Below are positions 26,341 to 36,615 of a stretch of DNA of 64,000 nt, one piece after another. Position numbers and translations under genes: made by a program. The DNA is from an uncultured Methanosarcinales archaeon (GTDB taxonomy: Archaea > Nanobdellota > Nanobdellia > Woesearchaeales > UBA11576): positions 73,831-137,830 of the forward strand of contig CAZLYC010000003.1 in the NCBI GenBank assembly GCA_964563755.1. Direction: 5' to 3'. Each line of letters opens with the position of its first letter. The first letter of the stretch is position 1. The notes under the pieces are model-generated. The model searched no databases, was not told the origin of the DNA, and worked only from the letters and a program-made list of their open reading frames with translations.

Positions 26341-27117
26341 TTATTCTTCAGATTCACTCGCCAAAAAGGCCCACCAAGGTTTCTTAGACTGGATTACTTC
26401 TCCATTCTCAGCATCTACCTGTGCCTGCACCTGCATCCTTGTCTTGAAAAGACCTAACATCTTAGCCTGTTTCTGGACCTGAACCTCGTAAGCAGCTCGG
26501 ACTTTCTCTCCGCTACCCACCTCTTTAAGTTCAATCCTGCAGCTATTCTCCTCTGAACATACCTTCAGTCTCAATCTTTCAAGCGCTTTCTCTGATGCAG
26601 CATCTGGCATGACCTTTACTTCAGAATCTTTTCCATTGCTTAATTTGACCCTTAACCTGGTCCTTTCCTGAACCTGTTCCTGGACCAATTCCATGGAAGT
26701 ATCCGCAGAAGCACTGCCTGCCTCCAGGCGCATCCTGTTATTGCTCTGTTCTTGCACCCTGAGCTGTTTTCCGCTCTCAGAAGTGTACTCTCCTGCCCTG
26801 ACTCTGCTTTGAGTCTGAACCCTATTTTGTATTTGGGTCTCTTCACCTTGATTCTGCTGTTGAGTCATGGTCTGTGTCTCAGTGCTTGTCTGCACGCCTT
26901 GACCAACTGTCTCACCAGATTCAGTCATCATATCTTCCTGCAAACCCTGTCCTGTGCCTTGACCTGCTTCTGCAAGTTCAGGATTATCAATACCTGTTCC
27001 TGGCTCGTGTATTCCCTGTTGTCTTTGAGCAAAAACCAAAGAGCTCATAAGAACACAAACAATCAAAGTTAGTAATATTTTCTTGATGTTTATCACCTCA
27101 ACAGTATATCCACTCAC
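26341..27117 (-). CDS. Secreted Gln/Thr-rich protein with PepSY-like C-terminal domain
   Basis: Signal peptide IKKILLTLIVCVLMSSLVFA. The start is uncertain: GTG 27117 or GTG 27096. The C-terminus ...QAQVDAENGEVIQSKKPWWAFL recurs in uncultured archaeal secreted proteins. Confidence 0.6.
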   Translation of the reverse strand: MSGYTVEVINIKKILLTLIVCVLMSSLVFAQRQQGIHEPGTGIDNPELAEAGQGTGQGLQEDMMTESGETVGQGVQTSTETQTMTQQQNQGEETQIQNRVQTQSRVRAGEYTSESGKQLRVQEQSNNRMRLEAGSASADTSMELVQEQVQERTRLRVKLSNGKDSEVKVMPDAASEKALERLRLKVCSEENSCRIELKEVGSGEKVRAAYEVQVQKQAKMLGLFKTRMQVQAQVDAENGEVIQSKKPWWAFLASESEE

Positions 27118-27200
27118 GAGCTATTTAAATATTCCTGAGAATAAGACGGAAAATACTTGTCAGAACATAAAACAAAAACAATTTTATTGAACAGGTTCAC

Positions 27201-27857
27201 TCAGATAATACCTGCCGAGAACAAATTCTCAACTGCAACAAGCGAAAGAGCGACAGCAGCAAGAACACCATAAGCCAGCTTGCTCCAATCAAATATCTTC
27301 TTACCGTCGAACATCGCAAAAGGAATCAGGTTAAAGAGAGCCAGCCAGGCATTTATCATGAAGCCATACCTGCCGACAGCTTGCAGCAGGCCTGTGCTTG
27401 AAAGAGCAATCGCAAGGAAAAACAAAGAGACCAATAAGTTCATCGCAGGCCCTGCAGCAGACACCTTACCGTTCTGCGACCTGCTAAGACCTCCCTGAAT
27501 CATCACTGCGCCTGGTGCCGCAAAGACAAAGCCGAAAAAAGAGAATATCAAAGCAAGGAAAAGCATGTTGTCAAAGCTCCTGAATTCAGCAATGCAACCA
27601 TAACGCTGCGCAAGGAACTTATGTGCCAACTCGTGGAACAGGAAACCTATTCCTATCGTAAAAAGAGAGATGAAAAAAGCCACAAAGAAAGCAATGTTGA
27701 ACTTCAGGCCCTGCATAGCTATAGAAAAAGCAAGGCTGAGTATGATCCATGCTTTGAACAAATCCAATAATTCCTTCTTTGAAGTCCTTATGCCCTGATG
27801 ATAATGCGGATTTATGTGCCTGACATGCATATTAAACACCCTGAAAACAACAGGCAT
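27201..27857 (-). CDS. Site-2 protease family (M50) zinc metalloprotease
   Basis: 218 aa, polytopic. HELAHKF (HExxH) lies within a TM helix. Confidence 0.8.
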   Translation of the reverse strand: MPVVFRVFNMHVRHINPHYHQGIRTSKKELLDLFKAWIILSLAFSIAMQGLKFNIAFFVAFFISLFTIGIGFLFHELAHKFLAQRYGCIAEFRSFDNMLFLALIFSFFGFVFAAPGAVMIQGGLSRSQNGKVSAAGPAMNLLVSLFFLAIALSSTGLLQAVGRYGFMINAWLALFNLIPFAMFDGKKIFDWSKLAYGVLAAVALSLVAVENLFSAGII

Positions 27858-27901
27858 AAACTCAGCAATGCTTAAAAACCTTACTCATTTTCCTATTTGA
27901 C

Positions 27902-28537
27902 ATGACAACAAAACTGGCACAGGGCGCTGAAGCGATAATCTACACAGACCAGACTACAGTCACAAAGCACCGCTTCGAAAAGAAGTACAGGCATCCAAAG
28001 CTAGACAAGAACCTGCGCGGCTCAAGGACAAGACGAGAGGCGAAGATACTTGACAAGCTCCAAGCAGCAAATTTCCCTGCACCAAGGCTTGTCAAGATGG
28101 ATGACAAATCCATGAAGATAGATATGGAGCACATCCCTGGAGAACTGGTAAAGAAAGAGATAGACCTATTTGAAGAGAAAAAAGACGAGAAAGCATATGT
28201 TGCACTGTGCAAAGAGATTGGCAAGAAGGTCGCGATACTGCACAACAACGGAATAGTGCATCATGATTTAACAACAAGCAACATGATAATGCATGCCGAT
28301 AAAAAAGAGATATACTTCATAGACTTCGGGTTAAGTTTCTTCTCAGAGAGAATAGAGGACTTTGCAGTAGATCTGCACCTCTTAAGACACGGGCTTGAAT
28401 CAAGGCACCACAGGATATGGGAGAAATGCTTCCAGGCAGTTCTTGAAGCATACCAGAAAGAGTCGGAATACGGAGACAAAGTCGTCAAGAGGCTTGAAGT
28501 CGTAGAGAAAAGAGGAAGATACAAGACTAAACACTAA
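27902..28537 (+). CDS. bud32: Kae1-associated kinase Bud32
   Basis: 211 aa. GAEAIIY N-terminus, catalytic VHHDLTTSNMIM, IYFIDFGLS. Confidence 0.85.
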   Translation: MTTKLAQGAEAIIYTDQTTVTKHRFEKKYRHPKLDKNLRGSRTRREAKILDKLQAANFPAPRLVKMDDKSMKIDMEHIPGELVKKEIDLFEEKKDEKAYVALCKEIGKKVAILHNNGIVHHDLTTSNMIMHADKKEIYFIDFGLSFFSERIEDFAVDLHLLRHGLESRHHRIWEKCFQAVLEAYQKESEYGDKVVKRLEVVEKRGRYKTKH

Positions 28538-28553
28538 ATATCATTCTGCAATT

Positions 28554-28639
28554 CCGCGCTCGCATTGATTAGGTATCTGCTTCTGTTCGCCCAACTGCAA
28601 TTTTATCTGAGTGTTCTTTTGATGCTCGCTAGGCGGCAT
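28554..28639 (+). repeat. Dispersed intergenic repeat, short form (copy D)
   Basis: ccgcgctcgcattgattaggtatctgcttctgttcgcccaactgcaatt...gctcgctaggcggcat. Confidence 0.85.
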
Positions 28640-28646
28640 TGCTGCA

Positions 28647-29366
28647 TTATTCTTTGCTCTTCAACACATCATATTTATAGAAATCCTCGGGTTTCTTCTT
28701 GCGTAAGTAATTGTCAAAATGTTGGTAACCTTTCTCCTCAAGGGTTTTCATCACCTTCTCTCTCAGGGATTTCAGTTTCTTGCGCTTGAATACATCAGCG
28801 ACAAGAGTTATTATGCCGCCGAACATCATAGTGAATCCGCCCGCCATAGGACTCTCTGTGCAGCTCTTGTAGCCGCCGTAAACCATGAGACCCAGACCAA
28901 GCGCAGTCCAAGGATACTTTCCTATGCTAAGCTCTTTCTCTTTTACAGTCTCTACGATGTTAGAAGCATACATCTCCATCTCCATCTGCTGCAAATCTTC
29001 ATCTGTGAACTCAGGAAGCTCGTAATTCTTATCATTCAGACGCTTCTCAAGCTCATCATAGGTCATATCTTCAGTCTTTGCCTCAAGAGTCCCGACAATC
29101 GCCTTTGTCGCTGTCTTGTTCTTAACATAAGCCTGAATCATGTTGATTATGCCTGCGCCTGCAGGAGCCAAGAAAAGAGGATGCTCAAAGACAGAACCTA
29201 ACGCAGTGCCCGCTATACCGATGCCCATCCCTGTAAAAGCGAGAGCCTTGAAGTAAGGCTCCTTCCACAACTCCCTGCTGTAATACTCTTTTGCAGATTT
29301 AAGATACTTCTTCCGAAGCTCAGCATAATGCTGACCAGTCTTTTCCTCTAGCGAGATTGAAAACAC
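28647..29366 (-). CDS. Hypothetical membrane protein
   Basis: 239-aa ORF (GTG start in the track) with several hydrophobic segments. No family recognised. Confidence 0.55.
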   Translation of the reverse strand: MFSISLEEKTGQHYAELRKKYLKSAKEYYSRELWKEPYFKALAFTGMGIGIAGTALGSVFEHPLFLAPAGAGIINMIQAYVKNKTATKAIVGTLEAKTEDMTYDELEKRLNDKNYELPEFTDEDLQQMEMEMYASNIVETVKEKELSIGKYPWTALGLGLMVYGGYKSCTESPMAGGFTMMFGGIITLVADVFKRKKLKSLREKVMKTLEEKGYQHFDNYLRKKKPEDFYKYDVLKSKE

Positions 29367-29619
29367 CTCTCAACACCTGGAAAAATTAACCGCAGGCAAA
29401 GGCCGCCTCCGCTGTGCGTGTTGTGTTGTTCGGCTAAAGCTGCACTGATAGACGGCCCTAGCATGCCTGCCAAAGATTACGAAAAAAACAAACTAACGAA
29501 AAGCGAATAATTAACAGGCTAAGACGCTATAAGAAACTATCTTGCAAAAAAATAAGAAAGACGAAAGAAACACGTAAAAAAAAGAATATTTTTAAATTCG
29601 GAGCTATTAGTGAAGAACC

Positions 29620-30483
29620 GTGACAATCTGCGAAAGAACTCTTTCAAAACTGAAATATCTTGACAGGAAAAATATCCTGTACCTGAAAAGCCCTAAGAAA
29701 GGAAAAAATGTCTGCATACTTGCAGGAGTACACGGCAACGAGATAGCAGGAATAAACGCGATAAGACGCATAATGTCTTACAAGAATTTCAAGATAGACA
29801 ACGGGACAGTCTGCATGCTCCTCTGCAACAAGAAAGCAATGAAACTCAACAGAAGATTTGTCGATGAGAACCTCAACAGATGCTTCATGAAAAGAAAAAA
29901 GACAGGCACATACGAAGAAAGAATCGCAGAAGAGATGAAAAAGATAATGCGTGAGGCGGACATACTGCTCGATATTCACAACTCTACCAGCCCGAAATCA
30001 GAACAGTTCTCGATATCTGAAAGGAACGCAAGACACCTGCTTGACGCAATCGACGTTAAGAAACACATATTCGGATTTGATGCGCTTGAACCTGGAGGCA
30101 CTGACTACTACGTCAACAAGCTCGGCAAAATAGGGCTCACAGTAGAATCAGGCTACCTTAAAGATAAGACATCTATAGATTTCGCATACCGCCTCATAAT
30201 AAAGTTTCTAATAAAGACAGGCAACATAACAGGAAAATACAAGAGATCGAATAAAAAAGAGCTCTACCAGCTCACGAAAGTGTATATACCTAAGAATGAT
30301 TTTAGGATATCAAAAAAATTCGCAGACTTCGAAAGGGTAAAAAAAGGACAGACAATAGGATTTGACGGCACAAACAGAATCAAAGCGGAATATGACTGCC
30401 ATGTCCTATTTGCATGGAACATAGACAAGAAGAAAAACAGGAACGGCGAAGCATTCCTGCTGATAAAGAGAATAAAAAATTAA
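29620..30483 (+). CDS. Succinylglutamate desuccinylase/aspartoacylase (AstE/AspA) family zinc hydrolase
   Basis: 287 aa. ILAGVHGNEIAG and DIHN motifs. GTG start. Confidence 0.75.
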   Translation: MTICERTLSKLKYLDRKNILYLKSPKKGKNVCILAGVHGNEIAGINAIRRIMSYKNFKIDNGTVCMLLCNKKAMKLNRRFVDENLNRCFMKRKKTGTYEERIAEEMKKIMREADILLDIHNSTSPKSEQFSISERNARHLLDAIDVKKHIFGFDALEPGGTDYYVNKLGKIGLTVESGYLKDKTSIDFAYRLIIKFLIKTGNITGKYKRSNKKELYQLTKVYIPKNDFRISKKFADFERVKKGQTIGFDGTNRIKAEYDCHVLFAWNIDKKKNRNGEAFLLIKRIKN

Positions 30484-31445
30484 ACTACTTCCTTAGGCTC
30501 GACTTTCAGTCTCTTGCTCTCAATCGTGCGTTCTTCCTTAAGTTCCTGTATCCTGTTGTAGACGCTCTGGAGCGAGACATATAGCTTCTTCTCTCCCAAA
30601 GGCTCACGATACATCAGCTTGTATGTGGGCATCTGTCTCTCCTTCTCTGCCTTGCTGACTTCATCGTCTGAAAGAATATTCAGCTCACCTTTCTCTTTAG
30701 GGTTTGTCGGGACAGTAATTAATTTCGTCACAACATACATCCAGTCCACGCCAGTAGCTTTAGATTTCGTAGTCTCATAAGCTGCTTCATCAGTTACCTG
30801 AGTCAGTTTCTCTTTCTTACGCTGGCCCTTGGAAAGCTCTGCCTCGTAAGCCTTTACGTAATCAGTAAGATTTGATATTATCCTGTCCATCCTCACATAA
30901 TTCGCAAAGTTCTCTTCAGTAATCGATGACGGGTTCCTGCCATCTTTTAGTACGATCTCATCAAGAGGAATCTCATCTGCTAGAGCACCAGTCACATCAT
31001 ACTTTATTGTATGCTTGACATCAGGCAGCATAACTCCTGCGACAATGATATCGAACTCCTCAAGAAGTCTGTCAACAGAAACATACGTCTGCTTACCTTC
31101 CTTCACAACTCCAGTTATCGTCCTGCCTCCTGAAATCAACGAGAATATGCCATCAAGATAATTCTCCATGCCCTCAACAGCAGTCTTGTACTGCGGTTTC
31201 TTGATCTTCTTTATGGAAGTTATGTTGAAAGTGACATCGCCGCGCCTAACATCCTTGGTCGTCTTTTCTTCAGGCGGCTCTAGCTGAGAATATCCTGTGT
31301 CAGCCTTAAGACGCTCCTCAAGCGCTGACATCTCCTTCTTCACAAGATCAGCGCCCTGCTTGGCCCGCTCATAATCCTGCTTACCTTCTGTGAGGTCGCC
31401 CTTGAATTCTCCAACATTGTAAATCTTATTGTCTATTGTGACCAT
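30480..31445 (-). CDS. Hypothetical protein
   Basis: 321-aa ORF with a GGGGTG RBS. No family recognised. Confidence 0.6.
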   Translation of the reverse strand: MVTIDNKIYNVGEFKGDLTEGKQDYERAKQGADLVKKEMSALEERLKADTGYSQLEPPEEKTTKDVRRGDVTFNITSIKKIKKPQYKTAVEGMENYLDGIFSLISGGRTITGVVKEGKQTYVSVDRLLEEFDIIVAGVMLPDVKHTIKYDVTGALADEIPLDEIVLKDGRNPSSITEENFANYVRMDRIISNLTDYVKAYEAELSKGQRKKEKLTQVTDEAAYETTKSKATGVDWMYVVTKLITVPTNPKEKGELNILSDDEVSKAEKERQMPTYKLMYREPLGEKKLYVSLQSVYNRIQELKEERTIESKRLKVEPKEVV

Positions 31446-31529
31446 ATTAACACCCCGATGCAGATTTTTAGTGTTGGCGGATTTATAATATTTGCTGTTG
31501 TTTAAATATGCGCAAGTATATTTAGAAAA

Positions 31530-32528
31530 TCAAATCAGATATCTCGGCGTAACCTGCTTAAGTATTATTATAGAATCATAATTGACCATAATATCGCTGA
31601 ACTTCAATCTCATATCATCCATTATGTTTCTCATCTGCTCAAAATCCTCAACCTCGAACTCTAATTCCAAGTCCCATGCTCCGCAAGTAGTAGTGAGCGC
31701 AAATATGTTCTGCTGGTTTGCGCAATAGCTCTTCAGCTCCTCGAGCCTATCGCGAGTTATGTTCTCCATAAAGATAAATGCCTTGCAGAAGATATAGCCT
31801 ATCTTCTGGTAGTTTATGTTCAACGAATATTTTGTTATAATCTTATCTTGCTCGAGCTTCCTCATCCGATTTATTATGTTCTGCGAACTCTGGCCGAGCT
31901 TGTTCGCAAGTTCCACAACAGGCATCCTTCCATTTGTCGCCATCAGCTTAAGCATGTCAAAATCCAACTTATCCAGCGCGCATTTCCTTGGCTCACCACC
32001 ATACGTGATGGCTATCGGCGCAGCATACTGTTTAAGCAACCATTTCCTGTTGTAATAGTGCCAGTTGATGTTGTGTATTATCTCTTTCTCGTGTATGTAC
32101 TTTCCGAACTTGTTAAGGATGTCTATCAGGGTGGTGTGGAACGCGAACGTCGATGTCGCCCAGAAACCGAAAAGGATGTCCCATCTTCCAGAGGCCTGCA
32201 CAATCCAGCACACTTCTTTTATCGAAGCAAGGTAATCCACGAATCCTTTCTCTATCTCATTGCTGAAATTCTTGAACTTGAGATATACCTTGATATTGCT
32301 GTATCCTAAAGCAGCATTGTCCACCTCTGTCATGAAAGAAGTTACTATCTTATCCTTAACGAGCTTGTTCATCCTGAAGTTGACTGTCTCCTTACTTGAC
32401 TTGACAAGCTTCGCAATCTCGCTTGCAGAACGCCTGGCATCCAAATCCCAGAAATAGAGTATCCTACGGTCTAAATCGTCAAGGACTAAATCTATCGTGT
32501 GCTCTTTACCAGACAACTTTCTTAACAT
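31530..32528 (-). CDS. Tandem (double) Lrp/AsnC-type regulator
   Basis: 332 aa with two HTH+RAM units (LDRRILYFWDLDARRSASEIAKLV... and LDFDMLKLMATNGRMPVVELANKL...). ATTTATATAC lies ~25 nt upstream (leaderless spacing). Paralog of 42413-43408. Confidence 0.8.
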   Translation of the reverse strand: MLRKLSGKEHTIDLVLDDLDRRILYFWDLDARRSASEIAKLVKSSKETVNFRMNKLVKDKIVTSFMTEVDNAALGYSNIKVYLKFKNFSNEIEKGFVDYLASIKEVCWIVQASGRWDILFGFWATSTFAFHTTLIDILNKFGKYIHEKEIIHNINWHYYNRKWLLKQYAAPIAITYGGEPRKCALDKLDFDMLKLMATNGRMPVVELANKLGQSSQNIINRMRKLEQDKIITKYSLNINYQKIGYIFCKAFIFMENITRDRLEELKSYCANQQNIFALTTTCGAWDLELEFEVEDFEQMRNIMDDMRLKFSDIMVNYDSIIILKQVTPRYLI

Positions 32529-32677
32529 AAAGTAATCAAAATACTATTTTTGTATATAAATATTTTGATTTTGAGCAATAACTAAGTAAAAAAGTTGATA
32601 TAATTGTTTTGTAACTACCATAAGATAACAAAAAAAAGCGGTTCTCCTACCGCAACAAAAAGGAGGGGGTTGAGAGA

Positions 32678-33340
32678 ATGGACGAAAAGAAAAGCCTGAG
32701 AATACTTGTTGTGGATGACAATCCAAAAAACTTGGAATCTGCACTCCTACTTGCAGAAGAAGGTCACACTGTTGATGTAGCATCAACACTAAAAGAAGCA
32801 CTTGAAGAGCTTACAGGTTATGATTATTGCAGTACCCAAATGTTTCGAGAACCTAAAACTGAAAGAAAATATGATGTTGTGCTGACAGACATGAATTTTC
32901 CAATGGGTGGAAATGAGTATTGTTCAGGCAAAATCAAAGCACACGATGTTCAGCCTTTAGGATACGCAATGATGCTTGCGGCTGCCCGACAAAAAGTCCC
33001 TTACATTGCAATACTTACCGACTGCAACCACCACGAGGGACCAATAGCGTCAACTTTTGACATGCTTTATGGCTCAGAAGGAGTAGAACCAATGCGACAC
33101 CCTTTCAAGGTCGATGAATCGAAAGTCATGTTTTTTGACGTGAGAGATGTCAACCCGTCATTTATTACACCTGCGGGGAAATTCCGTGAAGGAGATTCTC
33201 CTACCATCGAGTGGGAATCCACAAAAGAAGAAGTTGAGCACTATAACTCATTATCCCGAGAAGAGCAAGAGAAACAGTACCCTCCTTGCAAGAACTGGAA
33301 ACACGCGCTCGAACGAATCATTAACGAGGATTACAAATAG
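32678..33340 (+). CDS. Orphan receiver (REC)-like domain protein with C-terminal extension
   Basis: 220 aa. LRILVVDDN (beta1 acidic pair), YDVVLTDMNFP (phospho-acceptor-like Asp), IAILTD (beta4 Thr). GGAGGGGG RBS. Confidence 0.6.
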   Translation: MDEKKSLRILVVDDNPKNLESALLLAEEGHTVDVASTLKEALEELTGYDYCSTQMFREPKTERKYDVVLTDMNFPMGGNEYCSGKIKAHDVQPLGYAMMLAAARQKVPYIAILTDCNHHEGPIASTFDMLYGSEGVEPMRHPFKVDESKVMFFDVRDVNPSFITPAGKFREGDSPTIEWESTKEEVEHYNSLSREEQEKQYPPCKNWKHALERIINEDYK

Positions 33341-33363
33341 AATCATAAATGGAGGTTGAGAGA

Positions 33364-33942
33364 ATGAGAACAATAGAACAACAGTTAGTCGGTCTGGTTA
33401 GACTAGTGAGAGAAATAGAGTCCAGGTCTGAATGTCCTGCAGAGCAAAAGTCAGCAACCGTTGGCGAGCTGCCAAGAGCAGAAGTCCTCTGGCGAGTACC
33501 CTCTTTGACATATGGAGGCGATGATCATAAAAGAATCAAGTCCATCATGCATAAGTGTTCTCCATCAGAGAGAGTTGATTTAACAAGCAGACTCATCGGA
33601 TTATATAAAACAACTGGCTTGCCTCCTGAAGAAAGAGAACTAAGACAGGAACTTTTCGAGAGCTGCCAATTCTCGGGATTGACAGGAACAGTGACTCAGT
33701 CTCGCAAGCAGTTAAGAATCTGGTATAACACACCACATTGGCCTAGTCCAGATCATGTAGACAGCGGCGGAACAGGATTACTGGTTGGAGTATATGGCTC
33801 TCCATTTGCAGTTGAGCAGTATGTAAAAAGAATATTCGAAAAAGACATAGGACTAGAAGGACCTCTTTCATATTTGAAAGAGTTTGAGGACCAGATTGGA
33901 ACCAGGATCTTCATGCCGTTTGATTACTTGAGACGCGTGTAG
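33364..33942 (+). CDS. Hypothetical protein
   Basis: The start was set at ATG 33364 because GGAGGTTGAGAGAATG repeats the RBS-to-start string of the preceding gene (GGAGGGGGTTGAGAGAATG). No family recognised. Confidence 0.55.
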   Translation: MRTIEQQLVGLVRLVREIESRSECPAEQKSATVGELPRAEVLWRVPSLTYGGDDHKRIKSIMHKCSPSERVDLTSRLIGLYKTTGLPPEERELRQELFESCQFSGLTGTVTQSRKQLRIWYNTPHWPSPDHVDSGGTGLLVGVYGSPFAVEQYVKRIFEKDIGLEGPLSYLKEFEDQIGTRIFMPFDYLRRV

Positions 33943-34007
33943 AACAACACAAAAATCTTTTTTATTTTTTAATTCTGTAAAAAAAACAATAACAAGGAGG
34001 AATAAAA

Positions 34008-34298
34008 ATGCCAATCTTTGAAAAACCAAGATATGAACGAAAACCTCTTGCGAGAAGAACTCAGTTTCGTGAAATGTTTGTTGATCGTGAAAGATACTTT
34101 GTCGGAAAAGGAATACGGCCATATTCAACTGAAGCAATAGATGACTTAGTAAAAGTTTACCCTCTTTTCATCAGCACAAAACGAGAAGATGAAACGAGAA
34201 TGAAGCAATACCTTCACAGGCCAGGTAAACCCGAATACCAACTAAGCAAACTAGAAGGAATGCTTGCAGCGTATAAGAGAAAAAGACCAGGATACTAA
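34008..34298 (+). CDS. Hypothetical small basic protein
   Basis: 96-aa ORF with AAGGAGGA 8 nt upstream, followed by a T-rich tract. Confidence 0.5.
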   Translation: MPIFEKPRYERKPLARRTQFREMFVDRERYFVGKGIRPYSTEAIDDLVKVYPLFISTKREDETRMKQYLHRPGKPEYQLSKLEGMLAAYKRKRPGY

Positions 34299-34381
34299 TA
34301 GATGACACTAAAAAAACAAGTAAAATCTTTTTATTTATTTTTTCTAAATAATCCCTTCTAAACCTGAAACACACAAAAAGG

Positions 34382-34391
34382 TATATAAATA
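34382..34391 (+). promoter_or_regulatory. Putative hisS TATA box (TATATAAATA)
   Basis: Lies ~30 nt upstream of ATG 34420. The spacing fits a leaderless or near-leaderless archaeal transcript. Confidence 0.45.
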
Positions 34392-34419
34392 AAGCACGAA
34401 ACAGTACTTGTGTGATATC

Positions 34420-35709
34420 ATGGAACTCATGAATGCTCGCGGAACACGCGATTACGCACCAGAAGAGAAGATAGCAAGACAGAAGATAGTTGACATGCTA
34501 AGGCAGGTCTTTGAACTGTACGGCTTCTCACCATTAGAGACACCAATACTTGAAAGGCTAGAAGTCCTATCAGCAAAATACGCAGGCGGCGCAGAGATAC
34601 TAAAAGAGACATTCAAGCTAAAAGACCAGGGAGACAGGGATTTAGGACTAAGATATGACCTGACTGTTCCGTTCTCAAGATTTGTTGGAACAAACCCAAC
34701 GCTAAAGATGCCTTTCAAGCGCTATGCAATAGATAAAGTGTTCAGGGACGGACCGATAAAAGCAGGAAGAGTAAGAGAATTCTGGCAGTGCGACGTGGAC
34801 ATAGTGGGTTCAGCTTCAATGCTTGCTGATGCGCAGTGCATACAGATAGCGCAAAGAGTGTTTGAAAACCTCAATCTCGATGTCAACATAACAATCAACA
34901 GCAGGAAGATACTTGACGGAATACTAAGACAATCAGGAGTGCCTGAAGACAAACTAGGGGACGCAATACTCGAAGTCGACAAGCTCAAGAAAATCGGAGT
35001 CGATGAAGTCAAGAAAAACCTCGAGAAACTCGGAATAGATGATGACGCGATAACAAAATCACTAGGACTTTTCTCGGTCAGAGGCAGCAATGATGAGAAA
35101 ATAAAGAATCTCAAAGTATTCCTAAGAGACAATGAAGCGCTTGTAGGCCTTGCAGAAGTAGAAGAGATATTATCTTATGTTGACAACAAGAACGTCGTGT
35201 TTGACGTCGCGCTTGCAAGAGGACTGAGCTATTATACTGGCCCTGTCTTTGAAGTGTTCCTCAAAAACACCTCACTCATGAGCAGCGCGCTCTCCGCAGG
35301 AGGAAGATACGACAAGATGATAGGCAATTTCCTCGGCGGGACAAAAGAATATCCTGCAGTCGGAATAAGCTTCGGGCTTGAACCGATAACAACCGTGCTT
35401 GGCCTCCTCAACAAGGAGCAGAAAAGCCCAAAGACAGTCACGAAACTCTACGTAATCCCGATAAAGACAACAAAAGAATGCATAAAGATTGCCGAAGAGT
35501 TCAGGCAAGAAGGAATCAATACAGATATTGACCTAGTCGGAAAAGGAATATCAAAAAACCTTGACTACGCAAACGCACTTGAGATACCACATGTCATATT
35601 CGCAGGAGAAGACGAACTTAAACAGAAGAAAGTCAAGCTCAAGGATATGAAGACAGGGAAGGAAGACCTGCTGACAGTAAAAGACGCAATAAAAATTCTC
35701 AAAACTTAA
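34420..35709 (+). CDS. hisS: Histidine--tRNA ligase
   Basis: Class II aaRS motifs (ARGTRDY, FRDGPIKAGRVREFWQCD, GGRYD) and an anticodon-binding C-terminus. The ORF track begins at TTG 34408; ATG 34420 is preferred. Confidence 0.9.
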   Translation: MELMNARGTRDYAPEEKIARQKIVDMLRQVFELYGFSPLETPILERLEVLSAKYAGGAEILKETFKLKDQGDRDLGLRYDLTVPFSRFVGTNPTLKMPFKRYAIDKVFRDGPIKAGRVREFWQCDVDIVGSASMLADAQCIQIAQRVFENLNLDVNITINSRKILDGILRQSGVPEDKLGDAILEVDKLKKIGVDEVKKNLEKLGIDDDAITKSLGLFSVRGSNDEKIKNLKVFLRDNEALVGLAEVEEILSYVDNKNVVFDVALARGLSYYTGPVFEVFLKNTSLMSSALSAGGRYDKMIGNFLGGTKEYPAVGISFGLEPITTVLGLLNKEQKSPKTVTKLYVIPIKTTKECIKIAEEFRQEGINTDIDLVGKGISKNLDYANALEIPHVIFAGEDELKQKKVKLKDMKTGKEDLLTVKDAIKILKT

Positions 35710-35715
35710 TAACAA

Positions 35716-36615
35716 CTAATCATTTTTTCTTTTCGTCAGAACTATTGTCTTATCCCCGACATAGACGCTGTGCTCTGCCTGAGAGATTATTCCTTTGTTG
35801 ACTTCTACCAGAGGAGGATAGGAACGCATTATCTCAAGCTGCTCAAGCTCCTTCAACGCGAAATTAACCTTAAAGAGAGGAATATCCTTCGCAAGCCACC
35901 TTGTCGCAAAAGGAAGCCCATTGTAACTTGATATCTTCTGAAGCACCTGTCTTGTCACCATGTTCCTAACAGGCTTCTTGCCCACCATAGAATATATGTG
36001 AGGTATTCCTTTGTCTTGAATCAGGCCGACGCCAGTCGATGCGAACGGCTCTATTGCAATAGTCATGCCTTCCTCAAGCTCAAAATTCTCTTTAGTATCA
36101 TAATTAGGTATCGAAGGATGCTCATGCACGCTCCACCTGCCAAGGCCGTGGCCTGAAAGATTCCTTACAGGCTGGAAACCCGCAGAAGTTATTGTTGATT
36201 CTATCTCTTTTCCAATCTCACCAAGAGTCGTGCCTACTTGCACAACCTTCAACGCAGCATTGAGAGCTTCCCTTGACGCTTTTACCAGGTCAGAATACTT
36301 GCCTGAAAGGTCAATCGTCATTGCTGTATCACCGCCCACATAACCGTCTGAGTGGACACCTACATCCAACTTGACGACCTGATCTTCAAAAACTGTCTTG
36401 TCTCCAGGATAAGGAGTTGCGTGAGCAGCAGTCTCATTGAAAGAAATATTGACAGGAAACGCAGGCTGGCCTCCAAGCTCAACTATCTTTGCCTCTATCT
36501 TATCAGCAACCTCAAGAACGCTGTTGCCTGGCTTGACAAGAGCTTTGCCGAACTCCAGCGCTTCAGCAGCAATCCTTCCTGCTTCAATATATTTCTTCAG
36601 AATCTCTTCTTCCAT
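35716..36615 (-). CDS. map: Methionine aminopeptidase, type 2 (archaeal)
   Basis: About 299 aa from ATG 36615. Pita-bread metal ligands (DVGVH.DGY.GD, SGHG, IEPF, AEHS) and the type-2 helical insert. Confidence 0.9.
   Translation of the reverse strand: MEEEILKKYIEAGRIAAEALEFGKALVKPGNSVLEVADKIEAKIVELGGQPAFPVNISFNETAAHATPYPGDKTVFEDQVVKLDVGVHSDGYVGGDTAMTIDLSGKYSDLVKASREALNAALKVVQVGTTLGEIGKEIESTITSAGFQPVRNLSGHGLGRWSVHEHPSIPNYDTKENFELEEGMTIAIEPFASTGVGLIQDKGIPHIYSMVGKKPVRNMVTRQVLQKISSYNGLPFATRWLAKDIPLFKVNFALKELEQLEIMRSYPPLVEVNKGIISQAEHSVYVGDKTIVLTKRKND

Noticed and set aside
29395-29470. Possible sixth, degenerate copy of the dispersed repeat (ggccgcctccgctgtgcg...gttcggctaaagctgcac...)
   Set aside because: Only loose resemblance to the gccgcctagcgagc / gccgaactgca boxes. 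Too weak to call without a statistical alignment.
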